DNA from: Okamejei kenojei
Lineage: Eukaryota
Length of the DNA: 64,000 nt
Assembly (NCBI GenBank): GCA_035221665.1
Contig: CM069162.1
Location: forward strand, 26,784,001-26,848,000
Reading direction: 5' to 3'
The first letter of the stretch is position 1. Every line of letters starts with the position of its first letter. The translations under genes were made by a program, and so were the position numbers. Shown piece by piece: positions 35,901-50,900 of this stretch. The notes under the pieces were generated by a model that ran no database searches, was not told the DNA's origin, and saw only the letters and a program-made list of their open reading frames with translations.

Positions 35901-38900
35901 AATCACAGAAATCTCAGGCACAGGTGATGGCCATTTGGCCCATATTGTCTTTGTCATACTCAAAAGTTGTCTATCCTCTTCCCTTTTCCCTCTTCTTGAT
36001 TTGCAGTTACAGATTTGACATTTAAAAAAAAAAATTGGACCACAAAAATGTTGGAATAACACAGCAAGTAATCTTACATCTGTGAGCAGAGAAACAGGGT
36101 TAAAAATGCAGTTGATCTGCTGCAAATGTCCAGAATTTTGTGTCTTGTTTTAAGATTTCCAGCACTAGCAATTATTTTGATGTTCATCTGTCAAAATGAT
36201 TTCTGTTTCTACTACCTGATAACATCTAGCTTTAAGGTAGACAAAAGTGCTGGAGAAGCTCAGCGGGTGCAGCAGCATCTATGGAGTGAAGGAAATAGGC
36301 AACGTTTTGGGCCGAAACGTTGCCTATTTCCTTCGCTCCATAGATGCTGCTGCACCCGCTGAGTTTCTCCAGCACTTTTGTCTACCTTCGATTTTCCAGC
36401 ATCTGCAGTTCCTTCTTAAACATCTAGCTTTAACCTGCTCCATCTTCTGGTTGAAAAGGATCATTAGCTCCGCTCTAATCCTTTAACCAATTATCCAGTT
36501 GTGGGTCGCTCTACTAATGGGAAATAAGTTCAATATGAAGGTTCTATAGATTTGGCATGGATTTACTTGGAAGTAGCTATTTCTAGCCATTTATGCCAAA
36601 TCATGTCTTTGTAAAACTAGCCTTTCCCCATTTGAGAAATTTTGCCTCTTTCTTAAACTCACCCCTATTTTCTGCCTTCAAAGATCTATTCCTAATTTCA
36701 TATTTACCTCCCTTTCTTTTGAAATTGCAGTTATACAAGTTAGTGAAAGACATGTACTGACATTACAGGTTTGATTTTGGCATCAGTGAAGCAGCAGCCA
36801 TTCAGAATCAGATTACTACAATTGATCATCACACATGAAAGAACTGTGGTTAACCTTGTCAGCTGGAATAAGTGTTTATGATTCAATGGCATCAAAACCA
36901 ATCACTTCAAAATTCATTTTGTTTCTGTTTTGTGGGAACGTGCCATGTGTAATGATGAATTTCCAAAGATCTTCTACCGCTGCACCATCGAGAGCATCCT
37001 TACCAACTGACCGGAAAGCACTGCAGAGGGTGGTAAAAACTACCCAACGCATCACCGGTTCCTCACTCCCCTCCATGGAGTCTGTCCATAGCAAGCGAAG
37101 GGCGCGTAGCATCGTTAAGGACTGCTCTCACCCCAGCCACAGACTGTTTACCCTCGTCCCATCCGGGAGACGCTACAGGTCCCTCCGTTGCCGGACCAGC
37201 AGGTTCAGGAACAGATTCTTCCCTGCGGCTGTTACAATACTTAACTCTGCACCTCGGTGATTGCCAGTCACCCCCCCTGGACACTCCTTCCCCCAGTATA
37301 ATTGCACTACTGATACTGTTTGTACATATATATATTTTACCGTTCATTATTCTAAGTTTGCTCTTCTGGGGGGATGCTAACTGCATTTCGTTGTCTCTGT
37401 ATTGTACACTGCACAATGACAATTAAAGATTGAATTGAATTGAAAAAAAAAAGATATCCTATGATATGCATAGGAAATGCTGTTCTTTAAACTACATTAT
37501 CAGGCTCTCAAATCATCCCGCACAACCCCAACCATAAACCTACCTCAAGACCAAACTAATATGGAGTTTGTACAGGTTGCACTAAGCATTTCAGTTTACA
37601 CTACTATTGTTTGGTTACCTAGAATGTCTAATAAATATACAACCACTAATTATTCGTTGTGTTGTTGCATTAATGTGCCTGTAAAGTTTCAGCAAGTAAG
37701 AATTTCATTATTTGCCTCCCAGTGCATATAAAAATTAAACACTTGACATCACACTAATACAAGTTTACCTTAAACCTAATATTGTTGCTGATGAGGATGT
37801 TTCCCTTCATGAATTCCTTCTCATTCCCTCTATTTTCCGTGACGACAGGGTATGCATGATGTGCTGTGGTGCGCAAAATACTGACCAATGATTGGATCCG
37901 GGTATGAGGATAGACGTAGGTTAGATTTGGTTCCATGATATCACTGGCTGTCAACCTGAGATACATGAAATTAAATTTCATTCTTTCAAACTATGGGGTT
38001 TATTTTACAATGTATTCCCATGAGCCTCATCAAATATCCACTGGAGCCACTGTACCGCCCCACCTGCTACAATATGCTCAATGTGAATGGGAAATCTGAA
38101 ATCAGAGAGGTACCCCCGATACACCCATCATATTACTCTGCAAGAACCCAAACATCTGGTGCATCAGCAACTACCACTCCCCTGGATTTCTTCCTCCCTT
38201 CTTCTGATTGATTGCAGTAGAGATAGCAGGAAANNNNNNNNNNNNNNNNNNNNNNNNNNNNNNNNNNNNNNNNNNNNNNNNNNNNNNNNNNNNNNNNNNN
38301 NNNNNNNNNNNNNNNNNNNNNNNNNNNNNNNNNNNNNNNNNNNNNNNNNNNNNNNNNNNNNNNNNNNNNNNNNNNNNNNNNNNNNNNNNNNNNNNNNNNN
38401 NNNNNNNNNNNNNNNNNNNNNNNGTTCAGGGAAAGGGAGGTGTTTGTAGAAGTAACCTAAATTTGAAGAATTCAGTTCAATTATGAGAATGTTTAAAACA
38501 ATGTTCAAATAGGGGAAATGAAATTGGCGTTATGTGCATCGGTCAAATAGGCAAACCATGATTTTAAATCAAACCCAACCAATTGCTAATTCATTAATTG
38601 ATCACATGGGTTAACTATCTGACATGCAAAGATCCTGCTCGCTATAGGATCTTTGCTGACAAGAGTCTTAGACGTTTAACACCTACTTATCCATTTCAGC
38701 CTCAGTCTCCCATTCAAGCAACGGGACACCCCGAAGTGCCACATGCAAGTCATAAATTCCTTTATTGAAGAAATCTCCAGTCCACTTTGCCACCTGGAGA
38801 AACATGAAGCGAAAAGGATGAAAATCTTTGAAAAAACAATTTAACTGAAGCCAAAAGTTAGAAGCATTTGATACTTTGCAGATTGTATTAAAAACAAGTC

Positions 38901-41900
38901 TAATTGTTATTAAGCATCAGTCTCATGACTCCACAGCCCATAAGGCAGCTCAGAGGTACTGAAACCATAGCTCCAGATATTTTACCAACTATTTAGTAAG
39001 TGCAGCTGCAATTGGTAATGCATATAGCTACAGCTAATTCTGACACTGCCAATATTGCAGCCTGACACTTACCATTTATGAACATTGCCATTCAGAAGGA
39101 TAAGGCGCTCAGCATTCAATAAGATCAAGACTGATCTGATTTTTACTTCCACCCCATAATATTGCCTATTGTTTGTAACCCTTTACCCTTATGTCCATCA
39201 ATAATCCATCTACCTCTCCTTTAAAATTATTCAAAGCCTTTGAGGAAGATGGTTCCAAAGACTGATGACCCTTTGGAGGGGAAAACTTCAACTCATCTGT
39301 CTAAAATAGGCACCCACTTATTTTTAAACATTGGCATCAAATTGTTGATTTTCCCACAATAGGAAAGATCCTCACTACATCCAAACAATCAAAATCCCTC
39401 AGGGTCTTAAGTATTTCAGTCAAATCATTTAGTTTTCTAAATTCCATAGTCAAACCGAGCACAGCCTGTCCAACTCTTCCTCAATAATACAATTGCAAGA
39501 TTATTCGAGCGTTCCATTAATTTGCACCAGTGCAGAAAATCAATTCCCAACCTTCATACCAACCCCACCGAACGGACCTACCATCAATGTGACCATGATG
39601 GGCAATCCATATGTGATTTCATTGGTTGATTCAATGAGAATGACAGTGAGACTGATGGTCATACGAACCACACCCCCAAGGAATGCAGCAGCTCCCACTA
39701 AAGCAAAAGTTCCAGAATAGATGTGAGACATCCCGATGTACCTGGGGCAGTTTAAAAGAAAAAATCTCTTGAAAGCAATTACATCTAATATATCACAATA
39801 CCACAGGGTATGAACTGAAAACGTCACCTGTCCATCAATACCCGCCACAGATGCTGCCTGGCCTGCTGAGTTCCTCCAGCATTTGGTATTTTGAACCACC
39901 CAACTTTTGTCTGCAATGTAACCACATTTGTTGTTTTTTAAATCCCTTCCCTTATCCTTAGATGTGAAATATATACTTGTGATGCCTGTTCCTCTGCATG
40001 TAATCAGATGCTTGTTGTAATTAATTGCACATCCACATTTGCATTAATCATGAAATAACAGCAGTCACCACAGACACAGATTGCACTCAACTTATCCAAA
40101 CAACACTCACGTTTTCAGAATGTTTGCCACAAGTCGACCATAGGCAGCACCGCACAGCAGCGAGGGCACAAAGAGTCCACTGGGGACAGATAAACCATAC
40201 GTCCAACAGGCCAGAATAAAGTAAAGAACAAAGAAAATGCTCAGAGTGACAGGACTGAAGGTTCCTGTGGGAACAAAAGCAGTTGAACAGTTGATATTAG
40301 AAAAGAGCAAATTCCTATACTCGATCCAACATTAAACAATGCATGCCACATTGGATAGGCCAGTCTGTATAGACACCTGGATCAGATGAATAATTTTAAC
40401 TATCAACTAATCTGTGGCATCTGTTCTCTTTATTTATGAGCAATAAAATTGCCAGCGAATTGGGACCAGTCGTCTGTGAGAGTACAGAACTAGAAAACAT
40501 TTAGCCATCTCAAGTCTGCTGTATCACTCAGATCTTTATTCAATTTACCGATCTCTTTAACTTGCCTGCAACAAAAATATCACATTTTCCTGCCCTCCCC
40601 CTCCACCCCCCCCCCCCCCTCTCCCTTACAAGCAGACATTTACATGGAGCCAAAATAAATGCAAATTATATCACCAAATTTGCTGCAACTCACCATCTTG
40701 GTGGAATAGTTGGAGTATGGCAGTCTCTTGTGGGTTGAAGAACAAAGTAGCCATGTCATTATAGGTATTATTGCGACAGAAAAGGGTTTTGATGCTGGAA
40801 TTCACATCCTCCTCAGCTGGCTGAGGGAAATTAAATTGAAGTATTTTACAACAGATTGCAAAGTAGCAGGATTAATTCAGCTACGGGAGCTGCTGTTTGT
40901 GAACCAGTGAATCCATCCAAAAACAAAACATTGCCAGAAATTTAAACAAAGAGCAGAAAATGCTGGAAATCCAACACTAGCATCTGCCCATATTATATGG
41001 TCTACCCAACACTAGGGAAACCAATCAGAGAGTGAGTGATCACAAGAGTGGCCCCAACCTTTCAGTTGCCATCATTTTAATTAAGCTTCATTTTTTTTTA
41101 AATTGTAAAAGGAACTCACAAAATGCTTAAGTCTGATGACGTCAGAACACAGAGAGTGGTGAGTCTCTGGAACTCTCTGTCACAGAGGGTAGTTGAGGCC
41201 AGTTCATTGGCTATATTTAAGAGTGAATAAGGGGCTATGATACTGGTTGGATGATCAGCCATGATCATATTGACAGGCTCGAAGAATGGCCTACTCCTGC
41301 ACCTAAACTATGCTAACAATTTTGAACACGTACACCTTAAATAAAAGCCCTTTCTTACTTTGCTTAAAAATTAGTTTGCTATTGCCAATATGATTTTCAT
41401 TGAAAATGCTGACAGCAACAACTGTTGGTAGGATGGAAATAAAACAAATGGTGTCCGCTAAAATCATCAAGATAACAGTGAACCTAAAACATTTCCTCTC
41501 CCCCAAAATTATTGCAAACAACCCAGTTTCCCCAAGAATACAAGACTGTGAATGAAAGTAAAATCATGCACATGACACTCACCTGCTGTGTTACATTGTT
41601 GCCGTGTGTGTGTGAAGGGATCTCCCTACACTCTCCCAAAGTCACAGAGGCTATAAAAACGACCATCGTTGTAACCATAGCAACTAACAGACTCTCCAGG
41701 ATCCTGAAGATGAAGACAGAGGCTGTGATGAAAAACTTTCACATGATGCTTCAACTTATTTTGTACAGATTTTTTATGCCCAACTGTTTCAGCATTTTCA
41801 TCACGAGGACCAGATTTTAAATAATACTCAAGAAATGTGTGGTTTACACCCATCTCTCAAGAAGTTTGTATTGCACGCCACAGCAAAAATTGAGTAGGGC

Positions 41901-44900
41901 AAGATCGAGTGACCAAAAAAAACCCACATAGATATTCTGAACTAATAATAACAGGTTGGAAGATGTAAATTGAAAAAGGATGTCACGGTAGAACTTGTTT
42001 TTTAATGTCTTTCACAGAAGGTAGCCTGGTGATATTCAGTCTCCGTGAAATCTCATTCCAGCACATCCCTCACACCACCATCTTCAAGCTAAGAACATCC
42101 AAGCTAGTTCACAAGTGCAAAATGACCTGCTGGGAAGTCCACGAGTCAACAGCCTAGTGACCTGCAATGCAGGACTATTTGCATGCCAAACAGAAACCAT
42201 GTCCTTAGCAGAACTATTAAATCTTGTAACCAATGGATCAGATTGTTGTTCTGCAGTCCTACCATGTCTAGGTAGGACTGTAGATGCGGCGGCACGCGAG
42301 ACTCACTTTGCAGCGGCCCCTACAGCCTGTCTGTCTTTTTTTATTTTTTGTCTAGTTAAATGTAGTTGTTCGTGTTTTGTTTGTACTGTTTATAACTGTG
42401 TACATGTGGGGGGTGGAGGGGGGAGGGGGAAACTTTTAAAATCTCTTCCCTGCACGGGAGACCTGACTTTTTCCCTGTCGGGTCTCCGTTCTCGTTGGGG
42501 CCTAGTACCGTGGAGCGGCCTCCGACCGGGACGACCTAGGGGCTCCAGTCACAGAGCCTGCGGAGCTGCGGACTTACCATTGTGGGGCTGGTCGGCCTCG
42601 GAGCGTGGGGAGCGGTGGTGGCTCGCCGCTGCGGCCCGACTCCAGGGCTCCAGATCCAGCTGCGGCCCGACTCCGGAGCTCCAGCCCGACTGTCAGGATG
42701 TCGGGAGCTCGCGGGTCCGGGTGGGAGACCACTCTCCGGAGCTCCCACAACACAACTTCTCCAGCCCGTGTCGCGGGGTTGGAACGACCCAGAGCGGGGC
42801 CGTACATCGCCCGGCGCGGCCTTGATGGCCGCGGGACATTCCAGCACCCGCCGGGGCTCCATATTTGTGATTTTTGGGCCTGGAGCGGGGCCGTACATTG
42901 CCCGGCGCGGCCTCAATGGCCGTGGGACTTGGCACCGCCCGCCTGGGGCTTCGACATCGGGGGAGAAGTGGTGCGGGGGAGAGAGAAGGACTTTGCCTTC
43001 CATCACAGTGAGGAGGAGATTCACTGTGATGGATGGCTGTGTGAATTGAATTGTTTGTGTGTTTTTTTTATGAATTGCATGGTAGAAACAGAATTTAGTT
43101 TGTTCGAGATTTTTCTCTGAGATTCGAATGACAAGTAATAAAATCTAATCTAATCTAGTTGTGAATAGCAGTGGGCAATTAAATACCTAATGGGAGAAGA
43201 CTCCATAAAACATCCCCATCCTCACCAATGTTAGGACTCAGCATGTGGGTGCTAAAGAGTCTGCAATTGCAAACATAGAAGTGTCAAATAGAGAAACACC
43301 TCAGAACTCCACCATCACAAATGCAAGTTTCCTCTTAATTCAATTTGTTTTAAGTGATGTAAGCAGTAGCTGAGAACACTAGATATTGAAAAGGCAGCCA
43401 AAAAATATGCTAGCTGAAGAATCAAAGACCTACTCTGCAGATTGAAGAGCCTCCAACAGAGCTGTTCCAGTACAGTTCCAACACTGGCATCTACCACACA
43501 ATGTGGAACATTGCCATGCTCTGTCCTGTCCATAAAAGGCAGAACACCAAATACAAATAATTTCTGTCTGTTTAAGTCTATTTACCAAAATTGCAGAATA
43601 AATCATTGATAGTGCTATCTAGCAATATTTACACAGTAAAATGTTGGTTTAGCCAGAACCACAATGCTCCAGATTGAGCACCGCCTTAGTCTGAATATGG
43701 ACAAGAAGCTGAATTCTGGAGGGGTGAGAGTGACTGTCTTTGACTTCAGACAGAAATTGACCAGGTATGGAATATATGCCCAGGTAAAACTGAAGCCAAT
43801 AAGCAGAATGAAAACACTTCAGTGTTTGGAGTCACAGCTCACACAAAGAAAGAGTACTTGATTGTTGGGGCAGCACACCATTGCAACGGTAGAGTTACTG
43901 CCTTACAGAGACCCGGGTTCAATCCTGACTACAGGTGCTATCTGCATGGAGTCTGTACGTTCTCCTTGTGACCGTGTGGGTTTCCTCCCACATTCCAAGA
44001 TGCACAAGTTTGTAGGTTAATTGGCTTCTGTACATTGTCCCTAGTGTGTAAGATAGACCTTGTGTTTGGGTGATTGCTGGTCGCCGAGGACTCAGTGGGC
44101 CTGCATCCACATTGTATTTCTAAACTAAACTAAATTGACCCAGCCACAAGGCATAACTACAGGAATTCCTCAGTGCATTGCTTTAGGCCAAACCACCATC
44201 AGTTGTTTCATTAATGATCTTCCAGGCATCAAAAGGCCACAAGTATTTACGATTGCCCTTGTTCACCACTCCTCAGCAAAAGTATTAACCTGTCTCTGCA
44301 TGCAGCAAAAGCCAGACAAAATTTAAGCACGTGCTGATTAGTGACAAGTAACATTCATGCCAATGTACCAGGCAATGCCCATCTTCAACATCAGTCTAAT
44401 CACCTACTCTTTATATTTATTGTAAGTAGTAACACACATAATCAATGTCTTTGTAAGCCAAAACATTGTAAGCCAAAGTATTGGTCAAACCAGGCATAAA
44501 TTCCATAATGATGAACAGGCCAAAAGTTGGCTATCCTGCAGCATGTGACTCACCAACCGACATACCAAGGCCTTTAAGACACAATTCAAGAACTTGGTGT
44601 ACATTTGCTTGGATGAACGTAGCACCAACAACTCACAAGAAGCATGTTACCATCCAAGACGAAGCAGCCCGCTTAATTGCCCCCCCGGAGCCGAAACATT
44701 CATGCCTTCCACCAGCAGTGCACAATGACTGCAGGGAGTACCATCAAGAAAATGTACCACTTTTACTTGCCTAGGCTACTCCAGCAGAATTTAGCAAATC
44801 CATGACCTCTCCCACCAAGAAGGATAAAGGCAGAAGGTGCATAGATACACCACCATCTGGATGTTTTCCTCCAAGTTGCACCATCCTGACTGGGAAGTAC

Positions 44901-47900
44901 CTGGTTTCTAAATCGTTGTGGCTAAATCTTGGAACTCCCTCCCCAACATCACCATGGAAGTATCTTCAGGTTGGAGGACTGCAGCGCCACCTTCTCATGG
45001 ACTATTAGGGACGGGCAACAAATGCTGGCCTTGCTAGCAAAACCCAGATCCTGAAAATGAATAATAAACAAGTAGAAGATTGGGGCACTGGGGGCAACCA
45101 GCACCTGTGCAACTCTACTCTGGCCAAATACAGCATAATCAGGAGTAGTCTGAATAAGGTTAAAAGATTAATAATTCGGAATAGGGTCAAAGTTTGTGAA
45201 ACTCTAAAATGTCAAGAACTTTCTCAGTGACCATTGCTTACCGGACAAACTTAGCCTTTGGGTGTACATTTCGCATCCGGTACTTTGCCAACCTTCTATT
45301 CAAACAGTTAAACAATGCTCCCAGAAGTCCACCGATCAAGCCCATGATAATGAAGAATGCTAGATCCACCGCCGTCCACAAATGGCACTTCTTGTCTCCA
45401 TCTGCACACTTAAAGACAATGGCCGTAGCAACAAGTCAAATATCGAAACTGAGAATCAATAAACCTTTGAAAGACATTCACAATCCAGCTCACATGTACA
45501 ACGAACAGCGTGACCACCAACACAAATTTCAATAGGTTTACCAAGAGTCAAGCATTAGTACTTGAAATATCGAAAACACCATGCAACAGATCGAGAAAAC
45601 ATGCACATCATAGCCATTGATGTTATGAAAATAAATCCGAAACATCTAACCATCAGGCTTAACTTAGGACTATGGTAGTGTGTGAAAATATGCCAGAGAG
45701 CAAGCAAGCACATGAACGCCCCAACAAGGGGGCGCCGATGAACTCTGCCTAGCCAACGGTCTGTCTGTCTTTTCTTTCTGTTTTGTTATTTTAAGTATGT
45801 GTTAAAACTATGTTTTGGTGTTTCTTGGTTTGTTTTGTGTGGGGGTGGGGAGGAGGGTTTGGAGGAAACTTTTTTCAATCTCTTACCTCGACGGAGATGC
45901 GATTTTTTCCGTGTCGTATCTCCGTCCCCCATTGTGGCCTAACATCATGGAGCAGTGCGGCCTTTCCTGGAGACCGACCCGGCGCTTCAGCACAGGTGCG
46001 GCGCGGACTTGCCATCATGGAGCTGCGATCCCCTTGCCGGGATCAACTGCGGGAGCTCCAACCATGGCCCTGTGGACTTTAACATCTTGGAGCCCGGTTT
46101 AAACATCACGGTCCCTGGTTAGAGACTGAGTCGGGGCTCCAATCTGTGGTAAGTTTCAACCGTCCCGACGAGGGAATTCCATCACCCCGACGCAAGGGCC
46201 TCAGATCGCCGGCTGCAGGAGCTTTGATGGCCCCGACCGAGGATGGTTCGACAGCCCCGACCGCAGAGAAGAAAGAGGGAGAGATTGGACTTCCATCACA
46301 GTGAGGAATGTGGGGAGCCGCTGTGATGGATGTTTATGTTTAATTTTATTATATGTGGTTGTGTGTCTTACTGCTTTTCACTTGGTGTGGCCGTATGGTA
46401 ACTCAAATTTCACTGTACCTTATGGTACATGTGACAATAAACCCATCTTGAATCTTGAACAAGGTAAGTGGATAGAGCATAATCCATGTGCAGGGGAACA
46501 GAAACAGAGCAAAGACAAACATGGGAATGGATGGATAGACAGATGTGCAATTTGAATCTTTCACGCCCTTAAAAATCTCACAACAGAAATGAAGATAACC
46601 AGAATATCTGTTCTTAGTAATTTTGGTTAGGGACAAGTGAAATAGAGAAATCCTTTTTCCAAACCCTGGGATCCCTCTTGGCCAACCAAGGCTGCCACAA
46701 CATTTTGATTTAATCTCTCATCCAAAAAATAGCACATTTGACAATAACATGCAATCACTTAAATACTACACTGGACTGTCAATCTCAACTTTGTGCTCAA
46801 ATTTCGGAAGAGAGTCTTGATCCTAACTTTTGGTTTGACTCCAAGGTGAAAGCACTATTTATTGAGGCTATTCTACTTCAATAAGTAAACTTTCAAATAT
46901 CTTTAAATTATTGACAAATTGGACAAAATGTTTCAGATACTAAGTTAAGGCTGTTATGAAAAATAATCAAATAAACAAAATACCTTGAATTCACCAAAGT
47001 TAAGCAGCCCTGGCAGTTGGAAGGAGCCCCAGCTTCCGTAGCGGATACCTGATCGGAACAGATTCAGCGTGAAGGTGGCAGACATTGAGCAGAAGAGCTA
47101 GAAAATGGAGAAGAGTAAATGGTCAAAATATAGGACCATGACTTACCACAGAATTCCAGCCAAAATACTACAGCTCTGCATTGAGCATGCCCCATTAAAA
47201 CAAACATCATATTCCAAAGAAGGGTCCCGACCCAAAACGTCGCCTATCCATGTCTCCAGAAATCTACTTGACCTGCTGTTACTCCAGCACTTTGACGCAC
47301 GCTCAAGATTCCAGTATCTGTAGTGCCTTGTATCTACAAACACCACGGTCACATACTTTCGCCTCCCAAAAACCTGGCAATGCAAACTATTGTATCACCT
47401 GCAACTCACAAAGAATACCAACATCCCATCTTGCACCCCAGCCTGCGAATGACCCAGCAAAAACATTCTATGAAAACTTGAACATTTTTCCCCTTGCTAT
47501 CTTGCTTCTGGCAGTAACCAGTCTCACTCACCACTTTCCAGGTTAGGGCCTGGTTCCAGAAAGAGGATCCTTCCTCCAGACTGAAGAGTGTCCCACCAAT
47601 CGGAGCCCCAAAGGCTGCAGCAACTCCTGCTGCTGTCCCTGCCGAGACAAAGTCTCGCTTGTCCCTGTGAAGCCAACATAGCCTGTAAGTGTCAGTTTCA
47701 TAGGATCCCACATTAGTGGAGAATCCAACCAAAGACAACATCATCCAACTAAAGGAGAGAGTTTTAATTCACTGCTTCGTGAAAGTGGGCAATCTGACCC
47801 CAAATTGCCTCCACTATGGCTTCATTGAGCTCAATCAGGAGCAACTTGGAGGCAGATCTATACTCCATCTATATCTGTAATAATGAGATATAAGATTCCC

Positions 47901-50900
47901 CATTAATCAAAGTCCATTGAATGTAATAAGGGTGCCACTTTGAAGTGGCATTGCAGAGTTGGATCATGCACAATCAGAAAATGTTAGTTTTATTTTAAGG
48001 TGATGGACGATAATCCCTGGTTCAAACAGCAAATGTGCAACATGCACCTCAATCTGTTCTATTGACATTGTGATGTTAGCCAAAGATATGCAAAGGCTCG
48101 CCTCAGAGGAAATTTTAGCCTCATCTTGCACTTCATTGGAAGCTGTGAATTTGCTCCACATAACACAATATTCTGTATCAACATGCTTATTGAACAGGGT
48201 GCCACCTCCCCATCGCTCTCAATGGTTGTGTATACATCAGTGTCCACCTTGAGACCCCACAGCAATGTTCCATTGCTAAAATACACTATGTACATGAAAT
48301 CATAATGAAATACAACTTTTATCATTCAGCGCTACACAGAATTGGGCTAGTTTACCGAGCATTTAACATAAACATTTTCCTGAAATTCTTCAGAAGGACT
48401 TTTGAAACCAATGCAAAATTATTTACTGACAAGATTAAAAGGGCCATTCATTTCTAGCAATTAAGTTAAATTTGGTTCCATAAGATGCAATTCCAAATTT
48501 AGCCCTTATTCCCCCAGAGTAAAATACCACAAATCATGAATGTTTAAGGTCTAGCCATAACCCTTCAAGGTTACAGCAACAAACTTACAATATTGAGGTT
48601 TTATTTCACATTACCTCAAATGCATAAATTAATTAAATAGCTAACAATTCTATACTTTTCTTCAAGCCTTGATCTAACGAAATTCTTCACTAAACACGGA
48701 ACAAAACAGATTTTCACAGCAGTGACAACAAGAGCACATTACATTTTTATTCTACAATATGGCTAATAACAGCTTAACAGACAACAATCAAATGACTGAG
48801 TTCTCAATAAGAATGGTTGAAAACAGTGGAGAGATTTGTAGCTCTGCAAGCTTAAACGAATAGAAATATTTTGTATTTCAATAACAATTCCGATTTTGGA
48901 GACGAGGATTCCTACCTGTCACTGCGGAAATAAGGGAAGTTGAACTGGATCTTGCGGAAAGTGATGCTCTGAAACTGTACCAGAAGAGGCAAAAAAGCGA
49001 AGCAAGCATCAGATACAAAGCAAAACACGGCAAGAGCCTGAAAACCACTCCATCCACCTCACTCTGCACCACAACACACAGCACCCCCAATCCTAATGCT
49101 CTGCCACACCTCCACAGCCCACACAGTTCAATATTTCCTCTCGGTCCACACTTCACCATATTCAATCAATACCCCCTGGCCAGGTTAATTAACGTAGAGT
49201 CATTATAACACACAAACAGGCCCTTCAATCCAATTTGCCCTTGTCCACCAAGATCCCCCATCTACACTAGTCCCACTTGCTCACATTTGGAAAAAAAATC
49301 ACTAACCCTTTTCTATCTATGTACCTGTTCAAATGTCTTCTAAATGTTTTCAATAGTATATCATTCAACTACCTCCTCTGGCCCCAACACCCACTGTGTA
49401 GAAAAAGCTGCCCCTCAGATTTCCATTAAATCTTTTCCCTCTTACCTTAAACCTACATTTCTCGTTCTTGATTCCCCTACTCTGGGTATAAGACTGCACA
49501 TTCACCCTACCTATTTCCCTCATGATTTTATACATAAGATCATCCCTCAGTTCCCTGTGCTCCAAGGAATAAAGTCCTAGCCTGCCCAGCTTCTCCCTTT
49601 AACTCAGGGCTCCAGGTCCTGGCAACATCCTCATAAACCTTCTCTATAGTCTTTCCAGCTTAACAACATCCTTCCTATACGGTGACCGTAACTGGACACA
49701 TTGCCCCAAATACAGCCTCACCAACGTCTTATACAACTGTAACATAACAACTTAACCTCTATACTCAATACCCTGACTGATGGACAATGTACCAAAAGCC
49801 TCTTGACCACTATCTACCTAAAATCTCAATAGGCCCTAGTGAGATTTGATCATACGCCCCCTGGTTTACAAAACCAGTGCTCCAACCCCTGATCTACGGA
49901 GCCAAACTTCATTTTTGTACAAAAAACAGAATCTGATAATTTTCCTTTTTCTCCAGTCAAAGAATATCATAAATTAAACACTATCACAAACACTAAAGTA
50001 CATTTACAGAACTGCTGTCGCACACCAAGACACTGGACAGATACCGAAGTCCAGAAGAAAAGTGTTAATACTCAAAACTCGCAAATTATCACTGCTGTAT
50101 TCCCATGTTATTCTGCAATAGACAACATGCTTCTTGCAACATGCTTCTTGAGTCCTGCAGTTGAATTCCTTTTGGCAGTGGCTGAACCATGTGCTGATTA
50201 GTGTTCTAGATAATGACATGTATCCAGCATTAGCTCAACTGAAGACAAAGACAAACCAGATCCCACCCACTCATCACTTTACTCATTTTCCAAGTAGAAA
50301 TCAGTAAACACACTGAAACAGTTACCCAAATCAATCACAAGGAGGGCAACGTCTGATCATATATACAATGATTTTAATGTAACACCAAAAATGACTGGGG
50401 GTGGGGTGTGGCGTGTCATAACATGCAAGACGATTCTGTAATTCACCAATAGAAATGTTAGTAGATGAATCCAATTAAAAAAAGACATGGGCAATTAAGA
50501 TGTTTAAGAAAGAACTGCAGATGCAGGAAAAATCGAAGGTATACAAAAAGCTGGAGAAACTCAGCGGGTGAGGCAGCATCTATGGAGCGAAGGAATGGGT
50601 GACGTTTCGGGTCGAGACCCTTCTTCAGACTGATGTGGGGGTGGGTGGAAGAAGATTTAAGAAGGACATTTAAGATGATCATCAGGGGGGTGAAACCGTA
50701 TAATGTGCCAAATATATTACATGTAAATTAGATTAAATGTCAGAGGTATCTTTCCTTATTTACCTGAGGTAGCCCTGCTCCCACCACAGCTCCACTGTGA
50801 ATCATTGGGCCCTCCTTCCCCACAAATAATCCTGGAAAGTAAAGAAATCTGTAAATTTATACAGGCAGCAACTAATACCCACTAATATGGAAGCATTCTC

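Noticed and set aside
38234-38423. Missing CLCN6 exon hidden in the N gap
   Set aside because: Exons 17 and 18 join in frame (EMDK-LTAS) and the protein is full length.
42115-43120. Cluster of long overlapping ORFs (up to 236 aa)
   Set aside because: They fall in a GC-rich repeat in CLCN6 intron 12, are open on both strands, and show no protein motifs.
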